From Roseibacillus sp. (lineage in GTDB: Bacteria > Verrucomicrobiota > Verrucomicrobiia > Verrucomicrobiales > Akkermansiaceae), in contig JBPOGI010000004.1 in NCBI GenBank assembly GCA_051251855.1, positions 352,001 to 416,000 of the forward strand: a DNA stretch of 64,000 nt. Reading direction: 5' to 3'. Under the pieces are notes generated by a model. The model was not told the origin of the DNA, ran no database searches, and saw only the letters and a list, made by a program, of their open reading frames with translations. Of this stretch, positions 29,210-39,798 are shown piece by piece. Each line of letters opens with the position of its first letter. The stretch's first letter is position 1. A program made the position numbers and the translations under genes.

Positions 29210-31795
29210 ATGGCTAAAATTCTAATCATTGCCGAGAAACCCTCGGTCGCAACAGACCTCTCCCGCGCCCTCGCACCCGAGCTCGGAAAGTTTGAAAAGA
29301 AGGGCAAGTCCCGCGACGCGCAATACTTCGAAAACGACAAAGCCGCCATCACCTCCGCCGTCGGCCACCTTGTCGAGCTCAAGATGCCCACCGGCCCCAA
29401 CGGCAAGAACCTACCTTGGAAATTCGACGTCCTCCCCGCCATCCCCAGCGAATTCGAGCTTCAGCCCATCGAGCAATCCGAAGGCCGTCTCAAACACGTC
29501 CTCTCCCTCGCCAAAAAGAAGGAATTCGACCTCATCGTCAACGCTTGTGATGCCGGCCGCGAAGGTGAACTTATCTTCCAATACATCATCGAGATCGGCA
29601 AAATCAACAAGCCCATCAAGCGCCTCTGGATGCAATCGATGACCACTAAGTCCATTCAGGACGCCTGGAAAAAGCTCCGCGAAGGCGAAGACATGGCTGA
29701 CCTGCGCGATGCCGCCAAGTGCCGCTCCGAATCCGACTGGCTTGTCGGCCTCAACTCTACCCGCGCCCTCACCTGCTTCCGCTCCCGCCACGGTGGCTTC
29801 AACATCACCGCCGCTGGACGCGTCCAAACCCCCACCCTCGCCATCCTCGCCAAGCGCGAACGCGAAATCGCCGCCTTCGTCAGCGAGGACTACAACGAAG
29901 TCCACGCCACCTTCGACGTCAAAGCCGGCCAATACGAAGGCAAATGGGTCGACCTCGATTTCCAGAAAACTGAAGCCCAGCCCCACGGACGTGCCGAGCG
30001 TATTTGGAAGAAAGAAGACGCCGATGCCATCGTCGAGCGCTGCAAAGACAAAACGGGCACCGTCTCAGAAGAGACCAAGCCTCAGAAGCAAATCGCCCCC
30101 CAACTCTACGACCTCACCACCCTTCAGCGTGAGGCCTCCAGCCGCTTCGGCTTCTCCGCCCGCCGCACCTTGCAGCTCGCACAAGCCCTCTACGAGCGCC
30201 ACAAAATGCTCACCTATCCCCGGACCGACTCCCGCTATCTGCCCGAGGATTATCTCCCCAACGTCAAAACTACCACTCAGGATTTACGCGACTCCTCCCA
30301 CCCCCTCGCCCAGTGGGCCGGTGACTCCCTCAAGAAAGACCTCATTCGCTTCGACAAGCGCGTCTTCAACAACGCCAAGGTCTCCGATCACTTCGCCATC
30401 ATCCCCACCGGCCGCGTCGTCAAACTCTCCGAAGAAGAAGGCAAGCTCTACGATCTTGTCACCAAGCGCTTCCTCGCCGTCTTCTACCCCCACGCCATCT
30501 TCGAGGTCACTAAACGCCTCACCACCATCGAGAACCCAGGCCACAAAGACACCTTCCGCACCGACGGTAAAGTCCTCGTCGAACTCGGCTGGCTCGCCGT
30601 CTATGGTCGCGCCCTCGGCGTCGCCTCCGGCAAAGACGAACTCGTCCCCGTCGAACAAGGCGAAGACGCCAAGGTTTCCGAAGTCTATCGCGAGGACAAA
30701 CAAACCAACCCACCCGCGCGCTACAACGAAGCCACCCTCCTCTCCGCCATGGAGGGAGCGGGCAAACTCCTCACTGACGACGATCTCCGCGAAGCCATGT
30801 CCGAGCGAGGTCTTGGAACTCCCGCCACCCGCGCCAACATCATTGAAGGTCTCATCCGCCAAAAGTATGTTGCTCGCGAGGCTCGCGAACTTTTCGCCTC
30901 CGGCAAAGCGCTCCGCCTCATCGAACTTCTCGAAGAGATGGAAGTCGAGCCCCTTATCTCCCCTTCCATGACCGGCGACTGGGAAGCCAAGCTCCGTCAG
31001 ATGGAGCAAGGTAAACTCACCCGCCCCGTCTTCATGAAGGAGATTACCGACTTCACCGAAGACCTTGTCGGCCGTGCCAAAAAACACATGGACATCATGG
31101 TCAATCGCGTCTTCCCCGACCTCGATTGCACCTGCCCCAACTGTGGCACCGAAGGCCTTAAGACCACCGACGCCACCTACGAATGTCGCACCCCCGACTG
31201 CGGCTTCCGCATTAGCAAATACATTGCCGGCAAGGAACTCACCCCCGACCAAGCCAAAACCCTCTTCACCACCAAGTTCCTTGAAGAGCAGGACGGCTTC
31301 ATGTCCCGCTTTAACAAGCCCTTCTCCGCCGCCATCAAGATCGAACAACAGGTCTCCAAGACCGGTAAACTCGGTAAATGGAAAACCGGCTTCGTCTTCG
31401 ATAGCGACGAGCCCGAGTCCGCCGAAGACCTCACCGACGACATGCTCGCCGGCACCGTCACCATCTCTGGCGAAAAAGACGAAATCAAAGTCTACGAGAC
31501 CGAGAAAGCCTACCACGTCCCTGAGTTCAAACCTTCCGAATCTCCCGACGGCTTCCGCCTCGGAAAAACCATCCTACAAAAGGAACTCCCTAAAGAAGAA
31601 GTGATGAAACTCTTAGCCGAAGGCAAAACCGGACTCCTCCCCGGCTTCGTTTCCAAGCGCACCAAACGCCCCTTCTCTGCTCACCTCACTCTCGACTCGA
31701 GCAACGGAAAGATCGGCTTCGAATTTCCCCCACGCAAAACTGCGAAAAAAGGAGCCAAGAAAGCCGCCAAAAAAACCACCGAAGACAAGGAATAG
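29210..31795 (+). CDS. topB: Type IA DNA topoisomerase (topoisomerase III-like) with C-terminal repeats
   Basis: [44 protein letters not shown]-terminal GF.S...+.FSA repeats. Confidence 0.9.
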   Translation: MAKILIIAEKPSVATDLSRALAPELGKFEKKGKSRDAQYFENDKAAITSAVGHLVELKMPTGPNGKNLPWKFDVLPAIPSEFELQPIEQSEGRLKHVLSLAKKKEFDLIVNACDAGREGELIFQYIIEIGKINKPIKRLWMQSMTTKSIQDAWKKLREGEDMADLRDAAKCRSESDWLVGLNSTRALTCFRSRHGGFNITAAGRVQTPTLAILAKREREIAAFVSEDYNEVHATFDVKAGQYEGKWVDLDFQKTEAQPHGRAERIWKKEDADAIVERCKDKTGTVSEETKPQKQIAPQLYDLTTLQREASSRFGFSARRTLQLAQALYERHKMLTYPRTDSRYLPEDYLPNVKTTTQDLRDSSHPLAQWAGDSLKKDLIRFDKRVFNNAKVSDHFAIIPTGRVVKLSEEEGKLYDLVTKRFLAVFYPHAIFEVTKRLTTIENPGHKDTFRTDGKVLVELGWLAVYGRALGVASGKDELVPVEQGEDAKVSEVYREDKQTNPPARYNEATLLSAMEGAGKLLTDDDLREAMSERGLGTPATRANIIEGLIRQKYVAREARELFASGKALRLIELLEEMEVEPLISPSMTGDWEAKLRQMEQGKLTRPVFMKEITDFTEDLVGRAKKHMDIMVNRVFPDLDCTCPNCGTEGLKTTDATYECRTPDCGFRISKYIAGKELTPDQAKTLFTTKFLEEQDGFMSRFNKPFSAAIKIEQQVSKTGKLGKWKTGFVFDSDEPESAEDLTDDMLAGTVTISGEKDEIKVYETEKAYHVPEFKPSESPDGFRLGKTILQKELPKEEVMKLLAEGKTGLLPGFVSKRTKRPFSAHLTLDSSNGKIGFEFPPRKTAKKGAKKAAKKTTEDKE

Positions 31796-31847
31796 GCCCA
31801 ACTTGGAGCGCTAGGCTTCAACATAACACCCCTGCCTCGGCACACTC

Positions 31848-32390
31848 CTACCGGAACGCCCGCCAAACCTTGGGCACCAGCACCCAGCGTCCGTTCAAAT
31901 GGATGAAGGCATCGAAGCGCATCCCGCTGTCCTCGCCCGGCTCCACGTAGCTCACCTTCCATAAGGTCAGCGCTGGACCAAAGTGCTCCGCCTCCTGCGA
32001 GTAACCACCCGCCATCTCCATCTCAGTCCCCGCCTTCATCGCATCCGTCGTTCCCGACCCCACCAGCACCTCCGTCTGGCTGTCATTCCCGCCAATCCCT
32101 TCCGCTGGCAACTCCTCCTTGAGGGTCTCTACATAGGCCTCAATCAATTCCGCATCCACTGGACCAGCACCAATGAGAGCACACTCTTCATTCGTCGGCA
32201 AAAGCTCCCGCAAGAGCTCCCCGTTGTGGTTCAAATCTTTCGCCAACTTCTTAAGACCTTCTTCACTATTCGGGTATTTAATCTCGACCGCAGCGACCTC
32301 TTCCAACCTAGAATCCCCCGAATCCTTGCAACCAACACACAGCCCTAGCAACAAACCCACAGACAATAGTAATCCAATCTTCTCAGCCAT
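31848..32390 (-). CDS. Hypothetical lipoprotein
   Basis: Lipobox-like CVGC after hydrophobic stretch; ends FIHLNGRWVLVPKVWRAFR. Confidence 0.7.
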   Translation of the reverse strand: MAEKIGLLLSVGLLLGLCVGCKDSGDSRLEEVAAVEIKYPNSEEGLKKLAKDLNHNGELLRELLPTNEECALIGAGPVDAELIEAYVETLKEELPAEGIGGNDSQTEVLVGSGTTDAMKAGTEMEMAGGYSQEAEHFGPALTLWKVSYVEPGEDSGMRFDAFIHLNGRWVLVPKVWRAFR

Positions 32391-32446
32391 AATCCCAAGA
32401 ATACAAAAACCATCCGCAACGGAAAGCTCACACTTCAAAGCCAGCC

Positions 32447-34309
32447 TCACTCCGCAAAAGCCATCACCTCAGACAAGCGGCTAAACGAAGGAAAAGTCAG
32501 TTCTTGGCACCCCGAAGTGACAATCTTAATCACCCTCACCTCCCTCGGCTCAAAGGAGTGATTCACAAAGCTCGCCTCTCCCCGAGTCTCTTTCTTTGTC
32601 GAACCTACCGAAATAAACTCTTCCCCATCACCCGAGACCAAGACTTCATACTCCTCCCAGCTCTGTCCCTGGGCTCGTTCGAAAATTTGAATCCTCGAAA
32701 TCGAAGCAGGCTTCTTTAATTCAATCAAAATTTCCAAAGGCTCCGGCACGGTAGGATAGCCCAGAAAGTGATCGAACCGATCCGGAATTCCATTCGTCAA
32801 TCGCTCCGGCCCAAAGTGCGGCTGACTCGCGCTATCCGAAGACGTCACTTTCGCCAAATAAGCGAGATTCTTTCCCTGACTCTCCGGAGTAGCCACGGGA
32901 GTCTCCGGCAATACAAAGCCAGCTATCTTTTGCAAGCGAGGCAACAATCTCTCTTGCCGTCCCTGATAACCCGCAAAGTCACTCTCTCCTTCACGGTTCC
33001 AAGCCGCAGCTGCAACCGCCGCAAGGCGAGGCACGCATAACGGCAAGAGATTTTGCTCCCGACCCTCCCACCAAGGCATACAAAACCCCAACATACCGGC
33101 CTTCGATTTCGTTAGATGCGGCGTATTGTATGTCGCAAACTCGTGATTGATATGAGCAAACCTCTGTAGATCGAACTGATAACAACGTTTCACATCCACC
33201 GCCGTAAACATCGTGCGCGGATAGTGGTCCACAATATAGAGCGGGTCCCAAGAAGCATTCACTACCTGATAGCCTGCATCCAACGCCTGTTGTGCTAAGA
33301 CCTCGTTGCAACGCCAAATCATGTGAACCACATCTTCTGCCACCTTGTTCTCGCCCTCACCCAAATGCGGCCCCTCCCAAACTAAAGTTTGCTTGCCCTT
33401 CGACTTAATGAAGACATTCAAGCGATTGATAAAGTCGCGCTGAATCTCCTCGGGCACCCCGTAAGCTTCGTCCCCTCCCATGTGGTAATATGGCGTGCTC
33501 TTGAAGACCGAGAGCAGCTCCGAGATGAGAGTCTCTACCCCCTTCTGAGCTTCCGGCAGGGATGCCAGCTCAGTAGTGGTCTCCCCAAAAACCTTCGGAT
33601 AATACTTTCGTAAGATCGTCGAATGCCCCGGTACATCGAGTTCCGGAATAATGGTCACCCCGCGAGCTTGCGAATAGGCCTCTAACTCCTCGAAGTCCTG
33701 CCAAGTCCATCCCGCTTGCTCGCTGTAGAGTTTGGGAAAAGCCTTCGAAGGCCATGAAAACAGCTGATCGTCTGTGAGGTGAAGCTGGAGATAGTTCACC
33801 TTGTAAAACCACATCGTATCGATGACATCACGTAGCATTTTAGGCGAGTGAGGATTGCGCCCCATATCGACCATAAAGCAGCGGAAACGCTGATCAGGCC
33901 CATCGCCAATTATCCCTTCTGGCCACGCAATAGTATTGTCTTCAAACTTCGCCAATTGCAGCAAAGTGGCGGCGGCTTGAGCTGCCCCCGCAACATCCTC
34001 GGCCGTCACATCTACTCCCTTCTTGCCAATCACGATTCGATAACTCAATCCCTCGCCGACCTCCCCCTGACTAAAAGTCATCTGAGAGCATTCTCCCTCG
34101 GTGATAAAAAACGACTGGTCCCCCCGAGAAAGACTCTTCACCGCCGGCACCAAAACCGAGAAGCAGACCTCTTGAAACTCCGGGTCCACACTCAAGACCA
34201 CCTGCCGAAACTCCATCACCTCTTCGGTTAAATCCATCATCTTGGGAATCGGAACAACTTGAGAAAAAACCAAAACCTGACTGGCAAAAAGGAACAAGAA
34301 GAAGCGCAT
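32447..34309 (-). CDS. GH20 beta-N-acetylhexosaminidase with C-terminal discoidin (F5/8)-like domain
   Basis: LHLTDDQ, IPELDVPGH, HMGGDE catalytic motifs; C-terminal NLA....VTSS ... LSEVMAF. Confidence 0.92.
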   Translation of the reverse strand: MRFFLFLFASQVLVFSQVVPIPKMMDLTEEVMEFRQVVLSVDPEFQEVCFSVLVPAVKSLSRGDQSFFITEGECSQMTFSQGEVGEGLSYRIVIGKKGVDVTAEDVAGAAQAAATLLQLAKFEDNTIAWPEGIIGDGPDQRFRCFMVDMGRNPHSPKMLRDVIDTMWFYKVNYLQLHLTDDQLFSWPSKAFPKLYSEQAGWTWQDFEELEAYSQARGVTIIPELDVPGHSTILRKYYPKVFGETTTELASLPEAQKGVETLISELLSVFKSTPYYHMGGDEAYGVPEEIQRDFINRLNVFIKSKGKQTLVWEGPHLGEGENKVAEDVVHMIWRCNEVLAQQALDAGYQVVNASWDPLYIVDHYPRTMFTAVDVKRCYQFDLQRFAHINHEFATYNTPHLTKSKAGMLGFCMPWWEGREQNLLPLCVPRLAAVAAAAWNREGESDFAGYQGRQERLLPRLQKIAGFVLPETPVATPESQGKNLAYLAKVTSSDSASQPHFGPERLTNGIPDRFDHFLGYPTVPEPLEILIELKKPASISRIQIFERAQGQSWEEYEVLVSGDGEEFISVGSTKKETRGEASFVNHSFEPREVRVIKIVTSGCQELTFPSFSRLSEVMAFAE

Positions 34310-34433
34310 TTCACCAGTCTACGATGCCGAGCGAGGAGATTCTCCCAACCAAAAGCAAAAATCATGCGTAGGAACGTTTTTGTGGCTTGCTTTTTCACGC
34401 TAGGAAAGAGAAGGTCCGCGCCCGCGAGCAACT

Positions 34434-34641
<208 letters not shown>

Positions 34642-34644
<3 letters not shown>

Positions 34645-34667
34645 ACCGCTGATAATTCAGCGGTTTT
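34642..34667 (+). terminator. Intrinsic terminator after the tRNA locus
   Basis: AAAACCGCTGA-TAAT-TCAGCGGTTTT perfect stem. Confidence 0.8.
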
Positions 34668-34688
34668 CGTATTTCTAGCGATCTCCTC

Positions 34689-34791
34689 GGAGAGGTGGCC
34701 TTTACTGCCGCCCACCCAACCTCGTCGATCCAACCCCGTCATTTTCCAACTACGGTCACATCACCCTAGCGGCAATCAAAGCCGCCGCTCC
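34689..34791. repeat. MITE/REP-like element copy 1
   Basis: Ends GGAGAGGTGGCCTTTACTGCCGC ... GCGGCAATCAAAGCCGCCGCTCC; homologous to copies at 38250, 39696, 47374, 49687. Confidence 0.75.
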
Positions 34792-34940
34792 AAAACAAAG
34801 CGGCCGCCGAATCCTTTCGAATCCGGCGGCTGTCAAAACATTCCGATTCCGCACTCGCGGACGAAAGAAACTGACGTGCTATTACCCTTGTTATGAAGAC
34901 GAACCACGGCGTTCAACTCGCGGTTCACAGGTTCAGACTC
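34792..34940 (-). ncRNA. Candidate structured sRNA, copy A
   Basis: Paralogous to 39416-39565; three minus-strand hairpins with compensatory changes; terminal GAAA-loop stem plus T-rich tail. Confidence 0.6.
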
Positions 34941-35228
34941 TTCACATCACAAACTGTTCAACTTTTATGAAGTATTTTTTCACGATCCCCAAAAATGAGT
35001 TTGTGATGGTGACAAAATGGTCCAAGTCACTCAATTATGGCTACAGCTCGCCCACCTCAAATTGAGGAAAGCCTGCATTCTCTTATCCGATGATGAGAGT
35101 AAAAACCGTAACCGCCGCCCAAAACCTCGGTAATCCTGATACCTGCTCATTCTCGAATGCCTTTGAAGAGCTCATAAGCTTCACACCTTCCCTGATGTGC
35201 TAGACCGATCTCCTACAAGCCCTCAATC

Positions 35229-36509
35229 TCACGACTTAGCCGCTGCCTCAATCTTCTCCTCGCGCTCATGCTGTTTTCCGAGATAAATGGCGAGGATCCC
35301 CCAAACCACCGCAATGCCAGCTCCTACTAACAGCTTGGCGGACAGATCTAACTTTAGAACACCCTCTGTGCCGAGAAAGACGAAAAACCAGACCCAAAAC
35401 ACGTCTCCCCCTCGATAGATAGTGACGTCAATGAAGGGCTTCGTTTTAAAGCGGGCCTCTTGGTCGACTCCCGTAAAGAGAATCTCCCGCGAAGGCCGTG
35501 TAATCGCGTAGTTTCCGGACTTTCGAAGGGTCTCCAAAATCAAGAAAACAGCGACGGTAGGAATAGTAGAAAAGAGAATGAGCGCACACGCCATAATGAA
35601 AGGGACCATCGCCAAAGCGGTTGCCAGCCCGAACTTGGCAGCAATTCGGTTCGTGGCAAAGAGACCAAGAAAGAAGGTCAACACGTTGACGATGATGTTC
35701 AGAGTCCCGAGAATCTTCTCTCGTTCTGGTCTCTCGTAGACAGAGAGAATATCTTTCTGCGCCAGGTAAAAGAAGGTGCCAATCCCTACGAAAATAAAGA
35801 TAAAACCCGCGATTCCAATCAGACGTTTGTGAAGCAAAAATTCGTTGAATCCTGAGAAAGGATTTCCACTCAGCTTCGTGAACTCTGCAGCCTTGGCACC
35901 AGGCTTGGTATTTTTATCTCTATCAAGAATCCCAATCAAAGGAATCACCACCAATAGAACCGCACTCGTAATGAGCAACTTCACTTCCAGTGGATACGCA
36001 TTGAGATATTTGGTCACCGCAAGAGAGCCTAAAATGGCGCCCGCACTCGCTCCCAAATTGATGAACGCAAAAATTCTTTTGGACTCTGACTTGGAATAGA
36101 GCTGGGACATGAAGCTCCAAAACACCGAAATGTGGAAGAGAGAGAAAACGCTAATCCAAACATAGAAAAACTTCCCTAAAAGCACCCGATCATAGCCGGA
36201 ATACAAGCCCAAGGCAGTCGCAATAAAGGTGAATGCGAAGAAGAGGAAAACCCCAGGAATCAGCCTCTTGAGAGACAAGCGAGCCGCAAAGACATTGTAG
36301 ATGAAGACCGCAACGATTGAAGAAAGAAAGGTGTAGGTCCAAAGCCTGGCCAACTCCGTATCGGTGAATTCACTCGATAACGAGTCCCTCACCGGTTTCG
36401 CGATCATGTAGGATGCCATCAGTAGGAAAATGAAGGCAAAGGAGATGATGGCTCCTTTGAACTCGCTAGGCTCAATCTTGGTAAGCCGTGTGAAAAAGTT
36501 TGGGTGCAT
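35229..36509 (-). CDS. MFS-fold transporter, NTP/NDP exchange (TLC)-like family
   Basis: About 12 TM; AKPVRD, ISVFWSFM, YAITRPSREILFT, KTKPFIDVTIYRGGD motifs. Confidence 0.85.
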   Translation of the reverse strand: MHPNFFTRLTKIEPSEFKGAIISFAFIFLLMASYMIAKPVRDSLSSEFTDTELARLWTYTFLSSIVAVFIYNVFAARLSLKRLIPGVFLFFAFTFIATALGLYSGYDRVLLGKFFYVWISVFSLFHISVFWSFMSQLYSKSESKRIFAFINLGASAGAILGSLAVTKYLNAYPLEVKLLITSAVLLVVIPLIGILDRDKNTKPGAKAAEFTKLSGNPFSGFNEFLLHKRLIGIAGFIFIFVGIGTFFYLAQKDILSVYERPEREKILGTLNIIVNVLTFFLGLFATNRIAAKFGLATALAMVPFIMACALILFSTIPTVAVFLILETLRKSGNYAITRPSREILFTGVDQEARFKTKPFIDVTIYRGGDVFWVWFFVFLGTEGVLKLDLSAKLLVGAGIAVVWGILAIYLGKQHEREEKIEAAAKS

Positions 36510-36547
36510 TATTGGATGTTTCTTAAGGGCTAAGCTATGGGCAGAAT

Positions 36548-37327
36548 TTACCAAGGAAGCTTCGAGCCATCATAGTACCAAAGCTGGCCTGACTGCTTGG
36601 GAGTCAGCTCTTCAATGACCTTTTTCAACTTCGGCATCGAATCCTCAGGCTTCAAGTTGCCCCGGTTCGTTCCCATGTCTGTCTGATTGTGCCCCGGCGC
36701 AACCACCGCCACGATGAATCCCTTTTTGTGGAGCTCAAAGTGCAGCGTGCGGGTGAACATATTCAGCCCCGCTTTCGAAACCCGGTAGCCATAAGCACTG
36801 CCCCCCTTTCTGCTGAGGATGCTCGAGCGAGTCGACATATTGATGATCTTCTTCCCCTGAGAAGCGTGCAGGTTCGGCATCAGCGCTTGCGTGACAAAAA
36901 TAGGCCCCATGGTGTTGACCGCGTAGCAGAGCTCCATCTCCTTACGAGTCAGGCTATCGATTCCATTCATCTTCGTCCCAATAGGATTGGGCCCAAAGTA
37001 ACCCGCGTTGTTGATCAGGATATCGAGAGGCTTCCCCTCCAAGGTCTTCGCCATCGCCGCAATGCTCTCTTCCGAGGTCACATCCAACGCCACCACAGTC
37101 GCGCCCGCCTCCTTCAGCTCAACCGCCTCCTCAGGCTTACGAGCAGTTCCGTAGACCAAGTAACCATCGCCCAAGAACTGCTTCGCCAACTCCAAACCCA
37201 AGCCTCTGTTTGCTCCGGTGATTAAAACAGATTTTGGATTCTCGTCAGTTTCCGCTGAATCTTGGCCATGTGCGAGAAAAGGCAGCGAGAGGAAAGCAAG
37301 AAGGCCGCAGAGGTAGGTTTTCATCAT
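36548..37327 (-). CDS. SDR family oxidoreductase (CsgA-like) with N-terminal signal-like sequence
   Basis: TGANRGLG, LINNAG, YRVSK, PG.NQTDMG. Confidence 0.92.
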   Translation of the reverse strand: MMKTYLCGLLAFLSLPFLAHGQDSAETDENPKSVLITGANRGLGLELAKQFLGDGYLVYGTARKPEEAVELKEAGATVVALDVTSEESIAAMAKTLEGKPLDILINNAGYFGPNPIGTKMNGIDSLTRKEMELCYAVNTMGPIFVTQALMPNLHASQGKKIINMSTRSSILSRKGGSAYGYRVSKAGLNMFTRTLHFELHKKGFIVAVVAPGHNQTDMGTNRGNLKPEDSMPKLKKVIEELTPKQSGQLWYYDGSKLPW

Positions 37328-37507
37328 TTTTAAGGTTCTGATTCACTCTACGTGACTGGGATGCGAAAACCTACCCACATTTTCCTGTGAAAAACCCACA
37401 TCCCGCTCCAGACCTGCTTCGCTGTCGAATTGAGAGGAAGGAATGAAGCCGCCCCGCTTGCACAATTCGACATTGGACTCCCTCTCTCCCTGCGCCAGAC
37501 TTCCGAC

Positions 37508-38245
37508 ATGCTTACCCCCTTTCGCACAGTCTTACTTCTCAGCTTACTCATCCTCCAAGCTTGCTCGCAAAGTAACACCACAACCTCAGCCGCCGCCAAA
37601 CTCCTCGGAGCCAACTGGACTACCATCGAGTCCTCCATCGCAGCCCAACGTCAAGCAGGCCACCCCAACTACGACCCCACTTGGCTCTACGTCGTCGATC
37701 CCCGCGCCCAACGCATGCACATCATCAACCGCAAAACCGGCCAGGTGAAAGAAACCTTCCGCTGCGGCACCGGCAAGCGTGGCCTCGGCATCGAAGACGC
37801 TCAAACCCCTCCTGGCTTCTTCACCATGGGCGGAGTCCGCATCGCCAAAAACGGCAACACCGCCATCCAAACCGGCGACTCCAAAAAAGGCGTCAGCGGC
37901 ATCTACGCCGAAATGCTCTATCCCCCTACTCACCCCGATCCAGAACTTCGAGGCATGGTTCCCAACGGAGTCGTCATTCACTCCTACAACCCCGCCGCCA
38001 GCGAAATGCTTCGCCAACGCCGCGCCCAACGCCTCATCGGCCGCGTCCCCTGCACCACCGGCTGCCCCGTCCCCGACCTCGAAGACGCCCCCAAACTCAT
38101 CCCCTACCTCAAGCAATCCGCCGGAAAATTCGATCCCAACGCCAATCCCAACGCCAATCTCCAAGCCCTCATTAACAGCGGCCAAGTGAAGCAATACCAA
38201 CGCAACCAACTCGGAGCCGCCATCTACATCCTCAACCGCCAATAG
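37508..38245 (+). CDS. L,D-transpeptidase (YkuD)-like lipoprotein
   Basis: Lipobox LQAC; VVD...Q.M, CGTG...TPPG.F, VIH...TTGC catalytic-type spacing. Confidence 0.7.
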   Translation: MLTPFRTVLLLSLLILQACSQSNTTTSAAAKLLGANWTTIESSIAAQRQAGHPNYDPTWLYVVDPRAQRMHIINRKTGQVKETFRCGTGKRGLGIEDAQTPPGFFTMGGVRIAKNGNTAIQTGDSKKGVSGIYAEMLYPPTHPDPELRGMVPNGVVIHSYNPAASEMLRQRRAQRLIGRVPCTTGCPVPDLEDAPKLIPYLKQSAGKFDPNANPNANLQALINSGQVKQYQRNQLGAAIYILNRQ

Positions 38246-38249
38246 TAAC

Positions 38250-38351
38250 GGAGCGGCGACCTTTACTGTCGCCTGCCCAACCTCGTCCCAAACCACCCCG
38301 TCCTATCCAACCACTGGCCAAAAATCCGACCGCAATAAAGTCCGCCGCTCC
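38250..38351. repeat. MITE/REP-like element copy 2
   Basis: GGAGCGGCGACCTTTACTGTCG ... CGACCGCAATAAAGTCCGCCGCTCC imperfect terminal inverted repeats. Confidence 0.78.
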
Positions 38352-38470
38352 CTCACTCAAAAACTCAAATCCACCCCAGTCCGTCCTCCGTGTTCACTCC
38401 CCGACCTCTGCGACTCTGCGTTGAAACTTCCAACCCCGTCCACCCCACCCAACCCTTCAAACCCAGCCCC

Positions 38471-39391
38471 ATGAAATATCTCTTCTCACTTCTCCTCATC
38501 CTCCCAACCTCTCTTCTAGCCCAGGGTTGGGAGAAACTGGAGCGCTGCAAACTCGAAACAGATCGCTACGTGAACGGCGATAGTTTTTTCGTAAGCCACA
38601 AAGGCGACACCCACAACTTTCGTCTCTATCTCTGCGAAGTTCCCGATAAAACCAATAAATACCCAGACCGGATCGAAATGCAGGAAAACATCTTTGGAGC
38701 CGAGGAAAAACACCTTCTCGAAATTGGCGAAGAAGCCGCCGAGTTCACCGAGAAGACTTTGCGCCGATCCTTTACCGTCTACACCCAATGGGAAGATGCT
38801 GGCGGAGCCAATGACCGCTACTATGCCTATCTCATCTCGCGCGACGGCAAAGACCTCACCAAAGAACTCACCAGCAATGGCTTTTCGACCGCTTATCAGG
38901 AGCAGAGCGAATACTTTGATGGCACCAGCGCCGGTAAACTCTTCCGAGAAATCAAACGCCTCCAGCAAGAAGCCCGAAAAAAGAAAGTCGGCATTTGGGA
39001 ATTCTCCACCCTTCCCCAAGAAGCCCCCCTTCCTCCCGCCCCCTCTGACCCCGTCGTGTTAGAAGGGTCCATTCCAGCCACCGAAATCGAAGCTATCAAG
39101 GAGATGCTGGGCCAAACCGCACTTATTTCCGGAGAAGTTTCGGGCGTAGGCCAGACCCCATCAGGATCGATTACCTTCATCAATTTCGAAGGCAGTGAGT
39201 TCACCGCCGTAGTATTCGCAGATGACCGCGAAGCGATAGAAACGGAACTAGGAACTACCATCAAGGAGGCTCTTAAAGGAAGAGCCATCACTCTTCAGGG
39301 TGAAATTTCCACTCACCGAGACATCCCCCAAATCAAGATCACCGACAAGGCTCAGATTAATCCAGAGGCCAAAGTTGTAGAGTCAGAGTAA
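38471..39391 (+). CDS. Secreted thermonuclease (SNase)-like protein with C-terminal OB-fold
   Basis: Signal peptide; NGDSF, FRLY...PD, RYYAY, L...G, QEARKKKVGIW; OB-like G.V..V...FINF...FTAVVF. Confidence 0.8.
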   Translation: MKYLFSLLLILPTSLLAQGWEKLERCKLETDRYVNGDSFFVSHKGDTHNFRLYLCEVPDKTNKYPDRIEMQENIFGAEEKHLLEIGEEAAEFTEKTLRRSFTVYTQWEDAGGANDRYYAYLISRDGKDLTKELTSNGFSTAYQEQSEYFDGTSAGKLFREIKRLQQEARKKKVGIWEFSTLPQEAPLPPAPSDPVVLEGSIPATEIEAIKEMLGQTALISGEVSGVGQTPSGSITFINFEGSEFTAVVFADDREAIETELGTTIKEALKGRAITLQGEISTHRDIPQIKITDKAQINPEAKVVESE

Positions 39392-39415
39392 CTTCATTCT
39401 TAGACTCCTCCCCCT

Positions 39416-39565
39416 AAAACAAAGCAGCCGCCGGACTCTTGCGAATCCGGCGGCTTGTCAAAACATTCGATTCCGCACTCGCGGCCGAAAGAAACTGACT
39501 TGCTACTTACCCTTGTTATGAAGACGAACAGCGGCGTTCAACTCGCTGCTCAAAGGTTAAGACTC
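39416..39565 (-). ncRNA. Candidate structured sRNA, copy B
   Basis: Paralogous to 34792-34940; terminal GCAA-loop stem plus T-rich tail on minus strand. Confidence 0.6.
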
Positions 39566-39638
39566 CCAAGTAGCCAACTCGTTCAAACAATTGGAAACTT
39601 TTTCATTTTTCCAACCCGAAGAGCCAAATGGCCCCCAT

Positions 39639-39798
39639 GGAGGGGCGACCTTTATTGTCGCCCACGCAACCTCGTCCTCTCCAACGATATCCCTCGGAGC
39701 GGCGACCTTTACTGTCGCCCATCCCACCCCGTCGAATACAACCTCGTCATTCTACAGCCACCATCACACGACCCCGCTTCAATCAAAGCCGCCGCTCC
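39639..39798. repeat. MITE/REP-like element copy 3, with two left ends (39639, 39696)
   Basis: GGAGGGGCGACCTTTATTGTCGCCC, GGAGCGGCGACCTTTACTGTCGCCC and right end CAATCAAAGCCGCCGCTCC. Confidence 0.75.

Noticed and set aside
29709..31516. Long alternative-frame ORFs (420 aa Pro/Ser-rich, 410 aa antisense) and many similar ones
   Set aside because: Shadow ORFs over clear genes, explained by C-ending codon bias.
34893..34970. Small + strand ORF MKTNHGVQLAVHRFR / MKTNSGVQLAAQRLR in the duplicated element (possible type I toxin or leader peptide)
   Set aside because: Differences between copies are mostly non-synonymous, stops are not conserved and the peptide is not hydrophobic; changes fit minus-strand base pairing better.
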